Shown piece after piece: positions 58,671 through 64,000 of a DNA stretch of 64,000 nt. The stretch comes from an uncultured Gammaproteobacteria bacterium (GTDB lineage Bacteria; Patescibacteriota; Microgenomatia; JAMCZE01), in contig CAZNUP010000002.1 in the NCBI GenBank assembly GCA_964576435.1, positions 107,302 to 171,301 of the forward strand. Reading direction: 5' to 3'. How positions within the stretch are numbered: the first letter of the stretch is position 1; each line of letters opens with the position of its first letter. Made by a program: the position numbers and the translations under genes. The notes beneath the pieces were generated by a model, which was not told the DNA's origin, ran no database searches, and saw nothing but the letters and a program-made list of their open reading frames with translations.

Positions 58671-60623
58671 ATGGACCTAATTATTGTTGAATCACCAACT
58701 AAAGCTAAAACATTGGCCAGATTTTTGGGCGATGAGTTCAAAATTGAGGCCTCAATGGGTCATATCCGAGATCTTCCTGAAAGGAAGATTGGTGTTGATG
58801 TTAAGCACGATTTTAAGCCTGACTATGAGGTTCCAGCTAAAAAAGCAGAAAAAGTTAAGGAACTTCAGGCTTTAGCTTCTAAAGCAGATAAGATTATTCT
58901 GGCGACTGATCCGGACCGAGAAGGGGAAGCAATTTCGTGGCATATAGCATCACTTCTTCCTGAAAAGAAAAGAATTGAACGAATTACATTCCATGAAATT
59001 ACAGAGTCAGCCATTAAAGAAGCTTTAGGAAAGCCTGGAAAAATTAATATGCAGCTTGTTGATGCGCAACAAGCAAGAAGAATTCTCGATAGATTAGTCG
59101 GTTATAAACTGTCACCCCTTCTTTGGAGGAAAATAAGAAAAGGACTTTCTGCGGGACGTGTTCAGTCGGTTGCAGTTCGCCTTATTGTTGAAAGGGAAAG
59201 AGAAATTGTGGCATTTAAACCTGTGGAATATTGGGAAATTCTTGCTGATCTTAAGGCAAAGGGTGGAGAATTTCAGGCAAAGCTTGTTAAAACAGAAGTT
59301 AATAACGGGGAGGAATCCTCTAAAATTGTATCGGAGCTTGAAAAGGCGAAATTTATAATTACTGATATTTCAAAGAGAGAAGTTAGAAGAAATCCATATC
59401 CTCCATTTACGACATCAACTCTTCAACAAGCCGCTTCTAATTTAATGGGATGGAGTGCAAAACGAACTATGCAGGTAGCTCAAAGTCTATATGAACAAGG
59501 TGCTATTACTTATCACCGAACTGATTCCACAAATCTTGCCACGGAAGCAATTAGTATGGTCAGAGGTTATATTAGTAATGTTTATGGAGCTAAATATTTG
59601 CCTTCTGAACCTAGACTTTTTAAGACTAAGTCAAAAGTTGCCCAGGAAGCACATGAAGCAATTAGACCAACAAGTGTTGAAAAAACACAAGGGTTTGGAC
59701 TAGATAGAGACCAGCAAAGACTCTACGATCTTATTTGGAAAAGGTTTGTTGCCTGCCAGATGACAGAAGCACTTTATGAACAAATGGGAGTTGACATCAA
59801 AGCTTCTGATTATGCACTTCGAGCTAATGGAAATAAGATGCTTTTTGATGGATGGAAGAATTTATATCAAAAGCTTGATGATAATAGTGATGATCAGGAG
59901 CAAAGTTTACCTGATTTAAGTGTTGGAGAGCCTTTGGACCTTTTAAAGATACTTCCGTCGCAGCACTTTACGGAGCCGCCGCCAAGATATACGGAAGCCG
60001 GACTTATTAAAGCGTTGGAGGAACATGGAATTGGTAGGCCATCAACGTATGCGCCAATTATTTCCACTATTCAAGAGAGACAATATGTTGAGAAGGCTGA
60101 TAAAAAATTAATTCCAACAAATCTCGGGTTTGCAGTTAATGATTTTTTGACTACAAACTTCCAAAAGGAATTTGACTATCAGTTTACAGCCAATATGGAA
60201 AATGAACTTGACGCGGTTGCTAACGGAGATAAACAGTGGGTGCCAGTAATTAGAGAATTTTATGATCCATTTTCAGCAATATTAGACAAAGTTCAAGAAA
60301 CATCCGCTCGGGTTAAGGTGGAAGTGGAAACAACTGATGAAGTCTGTCCAAATGATGGGTCACCACTTGTTGTGCGAATTGGAAAGTTTGGGAGATTTTT
60401 AGCTTGTTCAAAGTTTCCTGATTGTAAATTCACTAAACCATATCTTAAAAAGGTGGACGTTAAATGCCCAAAATGTTTAATTGGTGATGTCATACTTCGT
60501 AAAACTCGCAGTAAGAGAACGTTTTATGGATGTAGTAGATATCCAGAATGTGATTTTGCATCATGGACAAAACCTAAGGCTCCTGGGGAAATAACAGAAC
60601 CTACTCCAACTGCTACTGTTTGA
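58671..60623 (+). CDS. topA: DNA topoisomerase I
   Basis: IVESPTK, DPDREGE, ITYHRTD, Zn ribbons. Confidence 0.98.
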   Translation: MDLIIVESPTKAKTLARFLGDEFKIEASMGHIRDLPERKIGVDVKHDFKPDYEVPAKKAEKVKELQALASKADKIILATDPDREGEAISWHIASLLPEKKRIERITFHEITESAIKEALGKPGKINMQLVDAQQARRILDRLVGYKLSPLLWRKIRKGLSAGRVQSVAVRLIVEREREIVAFKPVEYWEILADLKAKGGEFQAKLVKTEVNNGEESSKIVSELEKAKFIITDISKREVRRNPYPPFTTSTLQQAASNLMGWSAKRTMQVAQSLYEQGAITYHRTDSTNLATEAISMVRGYISNVYGAKYLPSEPRLFKTKSKVAQEAHEAIRPTSVEKTQGFGLDRDQQRLYDLIWKRFVACQMTEALYEQMGVDIKASDYALRANGNKMLFDGWKNLYQKLDDNSDDQEQSLPDLSVGEPLDLLKILPSQHFTEPPPRYTEAGLIKALEEHGIGRPSTYAPIISTIQERQYVEKADKKLIPTNLGFAVNDFLTTNFQKEFDYQFTANMENELDAVANGDKQWVPVIREFYDPFSAILDKVQETSARVKVEVETTDEVCPNDGSPLVVRIGKFGRFLACSKFPDCKFTKPYLKKVDVKCPKCLIGDVILRKTRSKRTFYGCSRYPECDFASWTKPKAPGEITEPTPTATV

Positions 60624-60667
60624 TAGTCTTGTCACAGCTTCTTAGCTCTGTTAAGTTTTAAAACATT

Positions 60668-62335
60668 GTGAAGTTTATCTTTGTTTCAGGCGGAGTCATC
60701 TCCGGACTAGGTAAGGGAATTATTACAGCTTCGACGTCCCTACTTCTTAAAAATTTAGGAATTAAAGTTGCCCCAGTTAAAGTTGATATGTATTTAAATG
60801 TTGATGCTGGAACGATGCGCCCTCAGGAACACGGGGAAACATTTGTTATGACAACGGGTCTTGAAACTGATCAAGACATGGGCAATTACGAGAGATTTTT
60901 GGGAGAGGATTTACCATCTGTTAATTACATAACTGCTGGGCAAATCTACACTGAGGTAATTCGCAAGGAACGTGCTTTTGAATATGAAGGATCAACTGTT
61001 GAGGCTATACCACATGTGACTGATGAGATTGTTCGGAGAATCAAACTGGCTGGGGAGAGCTCTAAGGCTGACGTAGTAATTGTTGAGTTTGGCGGAACAA
61101 TTACTCTTCAGGAAATTCACAACCGTGTGTTTTTGGAAGCCGCCAGAATAATGAGACTTAAGAACCCCCAAGATGTTGTACATGTTCACGTAACATATTT
61201 ACCATTTGTTAAAAGTGTCGGGGAACTTAAAAGTAAACCGGCACAAACAAGTGTTTATATTTTAAATTCTTGGGGGATTCAACCTGATTTTGTGATTGCG
61301 AGAAGTGAAGTTCCAGTTGATAAAAAGCGGGCTGATAAAATTGCACTTTTTTGCAATATAAATCCTAATGAAATGGTTTTATCTCCGGATGTGGATTCAG
61401 TTTATAAAGTGCCAATGATTTTAGATGAGCAAGGATTTGCGGAGAAAATTGTAGATAGACTTGGACTTAAAAACAAAAGGAAAAATGGAGTTTTAAAGGA
61501 ATGGAAGAAAATGGTTGAAAAGTCTGGGAAAGCTAAAAAGGAGATAACAATTGGGATCGTTGCTAAATATTATAAATCTGGGGATTACGATCTTTCAGAT
61601 TCATACGTGTCTGTTTTAGAAGCAATTAAACATGCAAGTTCGGAACTAGGGATAAAAACAAATTTGAAATGGATTAATTCAGATGGACTGGAAGAGAGAA
61701 AAGATCTAGAAAAAGTTTTTGAGGGGATTTCAGGAATAATTGTTCCACAAGGTTGGGGAAGTCGGGGAGTGGAGGGAAAAATCAAAGCTATTCAATATGC
61801 GAGAGAAAACAAAGTTCCATATCTTGGACTTTGTTTTGGGATGCAAATGGCTGTTATTGAGTTTTCAAGAAATGTAGCCCTTATGAAAGGAGCTAATTCT
61901 GAAGAAGCAGATCCTAAAACAAAGTTTCCTGTAATCCACATAATGCCTGATCAAAAAGCATATCTTGCTAAGAAGCAATATGGGGGGACAATTAGACTTG
62001 GGCAGTGGCCGACAAAATTTTTGAAAAATTCTAAGATTGAGGAAATATATAAGAAATATAAAGATTTTGATAGTGGATACTTTGATGGAAAAGTGGCACT
62101 TGAAAGACATAGACACAGGTATGAAGTGAATAATAAACTTGTTAAACAGTTAGAAAAAAATGGAATGATTTTTTCCGGTGTTAGCCCTGACGGAAAACTT
62201 GTGGAAGCAATTGAACTTAAAGATCACCCATTTTTTGTGGGAACTCAATATCATCCCGAACTTCAATCAAGGCCATTAACACCACACCCGTTATTTATCA
62301 GTTTTTTGGAGGCAAGTTTGGATAAAAACAAATGA
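60668..62335 (+). CDS. pyrG: CTP synthase
   Basis: GGVISGLGKG, GLCFGMQ, HPE. Confidence 0.97.
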   Translation: MKFIFVSGGVISGLGKGIITASTSLLLKNLGIKVAPVKVDMYLNVDAGTMRPQEHGETFVMTTGLETDQDMGNYERFLGEDLPSVNYITAGQIYTEVIRKERAFEYEGSTVEAIPHVTDEIVRRIKLAGESSKADVVIVEFGGTITLQEIHNRVFLEAARIMRLKNPQDVVHVHVTYLPFVKSVGELKSKPAQTSVYILNSWGIQPDFVIARSEVPVDKKRADKIALFCNINPNEMVLSPDVDSVYKVPMILDEQGFAEKIVDRLGLKNKRKNGVLKEWKKMVEKSGKAKKEITIGIVAKYYKSGDYDLSDSYVSVLEAIKHASSELGIKTNLKWINSDGLEERKDLEKVFEGISGIIVPQGWGSRGVEGKIKAIQYARENKVPYLGLCFGMQMAVIEFSRNVALMKGANSEEADPKTKFPVIHIMPDQKAYLAKKQYGGTIRLGQWPTKFLKNSKIEEIYKKYKDFDSGYFDGKVALERHRHRYEVNNKLVKQLEKNGMIFSGVSPDGKLVEAIELKDHPFFVGTQYHPELQSRPLTPHPLFISFLEASLDKNK

Positions 62336-62874
62336 TTATAGGAACAAAAATATTATTGGATCTAGTTAAAAAACAAAATTTGGTTTCAGATCTTTCAGAA
62401 AGGGAACTAACAAATCCTGAAGGAGCGGGTTTTGATTTGCGACTGGGTGAAGTTTATGAGCTTTCTGGTAAAGGTTTTTTAGGAATTGATGAAAGACAAA
62501 CTCCTAATGCAAAGTTAGTTGCAAGGTTTGACCCCAAAAAACGAAGTTCATTTATTTTCAAACCACATAAATATTACATTGTTAAGACCATTGAGAAAAT
62601 AAGTGTGCCAGATGATATGGCAGTGTTATTTAGAACAAGGGGGACTGTTTTTCGTTGTGGGGTGGCGATTTATACTGGCGTTGCGGATCCTGGATATTCG
62701 GGAGAATTAAATTTCGCGATGGTGAACCACAGTGAGCTAGATTTTGAAGTAGAACTGGGAGCCAGAATAGTTTTTGCAATGTTTTATGAAGTTAAAGGTG
62801 GAGTGGTTTCCAAATATCGAGGACAGTGGCAAGGTGGTCGCACGGATGCAAAGAAGAAAGAAAAGCAAGTTTAA
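62332..62874 (+). CDS. dCTP deaminase/dUTPase superfamily protein, probably dUTPase-like
   Basis: FDLRL, DPGYSG, YRGQWQ; lacks RSS and the deaminase Glu. Confidence 0.75.
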   Translation: MIIGTKILLDLVKKQNLVSDLSERELTNPEGAGFDLRLGEVYELSGKGFLGIDERQTPNAKLVARFDPKKRSSFIFKPHKYYIVKTIEKISVPDDMAVLFRTRGTVFRCGVAIYTGVADPGYSGELNFAMVNHSELDFEVELGARIVFAMFYEVKGGVVSKYRGQWQGGRTDAKKKEKQV

Positions 62875-62897
62875 TTATTTAATGATGGGTTTATATT

Positions 62898-63608
62898 ATG
62901 GCAGTTTTATCCAAACCTCAGATTATTAAACATTTAAAAGCGGGCAATATTTTTATTGATCCATTTAATGAAGCGAATTTAGCCAACACTAGTTATGATG
63001 TAAGACTTGGAAAATATTTCTATCGCCAGTCTCCAATGGATCATACTCAAACTCTTAATCCTTTTTGGGAAAAGTCTGTGCGAAAAATGTATCCTCTCGT
63101 TGAGGAAGCTCAGTCTGTTAAAAGATATAAATCTGATAGAAATCCGTTTTATGGTTTAACTGAGAAAGACTTAATAATCTTAGTTGCCCCCGGTGAAACT
63201 ATCCTTGCTCATACAATTGAATTTATTGGCGGAAGAAATGGTGATAAAAAAAATAATTTGCCTGCAGTAACTACAGAAATGAGGGCTAGAAGTTCAATTG
63301 GAAGAATTGGTCTTGCTGTTTGCAAATGTGCTGGGTGGGGAGACATTGGTTATATAAATAGATGGACTATGGAAATAACAAACTTTAGTAGTTCAATTAT
63401 CCCGATTCCTGTTGGAATGAGAGTTGCACAGATTATCTTTCATGAAGCAGAACCAGTTGAAGAAGCTGATAAATATTACAAGAAGGGAAAATATCAAACT
63501 GCAGGGGATTTGAAAGAGTTAAAAAAACTCTGGAAGCCTGAACTTATGATACCGAAACTTTATAAAGACCCAGACCTTGGGAAATTTGAAAAATTTGCTA
63601 AAGAGTAA
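62898..63608 (+). CDS. dcd: dCTP deaminase
   Basis: SYDVRL, ARSSIGR, D.GY...TMEI, GKYQ. Confidence 0.85.
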   Translation: MAVLSKPQIIKHLKAGNIFIDPFNEANLANTSYDVRLGKYFYRQSPMDHTQTLNPFWEKSVRKMYPLVEEAQSVKRYKSDRNPFYGLTEKDLIILVAPGETILAHTIEFIGGRNGDKKNNLPAVTTEMRARSSIGRIGLAVCKCAGWGDIGYINRWTMEITNFSSSIIPIPVGMRVAQIIFHEAEPVEEADKYYKKGKYQTAGDLKELKKLWKPELMIPKLYKDPDLGKFEKFAKE

Positions 63609-64000
63609 TGAAAAATAAAAAAGGAATTTATATTGTTTTTGAAGGAATGGTTGGTGTCGGTAAATCAATCCAGTCGGCTTTAGTTGTTGAAAGATTAAAA
63701 AAAGATTTTCCAAGAAAACTTGTAATATATACAAAAGAACCAGGTGGAACTGAGATCGCACAGGAAATTAGGCGTGTGGTTCAAGGTATGATTTTTAAGG
63801 AAGAGATGGATCCTATTTGTGAACAATACTTATATGCTTCCTCGAGAGCGCAGTCTTTAAGAATGATTGTAAAACCCACTTTGGCTAAAGGAGGGATAGT
63901 TTTATCTGACAGGTCTTTTGTAACCAGTTTGGCTTATCAAGGTTTTGGTAGGGGTTTAGGGATGCCTAAGGTTTTGGAAATCAATAAAGCTGCGGTAGAT
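63608..64000 (+). CDS. tmk: Thymidylate kinase (partial)
   Basis: FEGMVGVGKS, KEPGG, SDR...SLAYQG. Confidence 0.92.
   Translation, partial: MKNKKGIYIVFEGMVGVGKSIQSALVVERLKKDFPRKLVIYTKEPGGTEIAQEIRRVVQGMIFKEEMDPICEQYLYASSRAQSLRMIVKPTLAKGGIVLSDRSFVTSLAYQGFGRGLGMPKVLEINKAAVD

Overview
AT-rich bacterial chromosome segment (standard code) whose gene content points to Patescibacteria/CPR, probably Microgenomates; this taxonomy is inferred, not searched. Housekeeping backbone: rplL-rplJ-rplA-rplK-nusG-secE, tRNA-Trp, rpmG, tRNA-Thr/Tyr/Thr, rpmB, fmt, def, uppS, ddl, murF, mreBCD-mrdA, dprA, topA, pyrG, dcd and tmk, interleaved with many orphan genes that appear leaderless. The most striking feature is a large serine recombinase element at the 3' end of tRNA-Trp (25501-28826). 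Its attP appears to lie inside the recombinase 3' end, so recombination would swap the enzyme's C-terminus. A full inverted copy of that attP junction (about 210 bp) sits in the recombinase leader inside a 20-bp stem. Homologous end relics occur further into the same island and at tRNA-Tyr in identical register. Other highlights: a MoaA-like radical SAM + NMP-kinase operon flanked by GreA-like genes, an isoprenoid/UbiA cluster, a probable 6S RNA, an L10 leader, a CIRCE operator, a RAYT apparently lacking its catalytic Tyr, and a LAGLIDADG-like gene between tRNAs.
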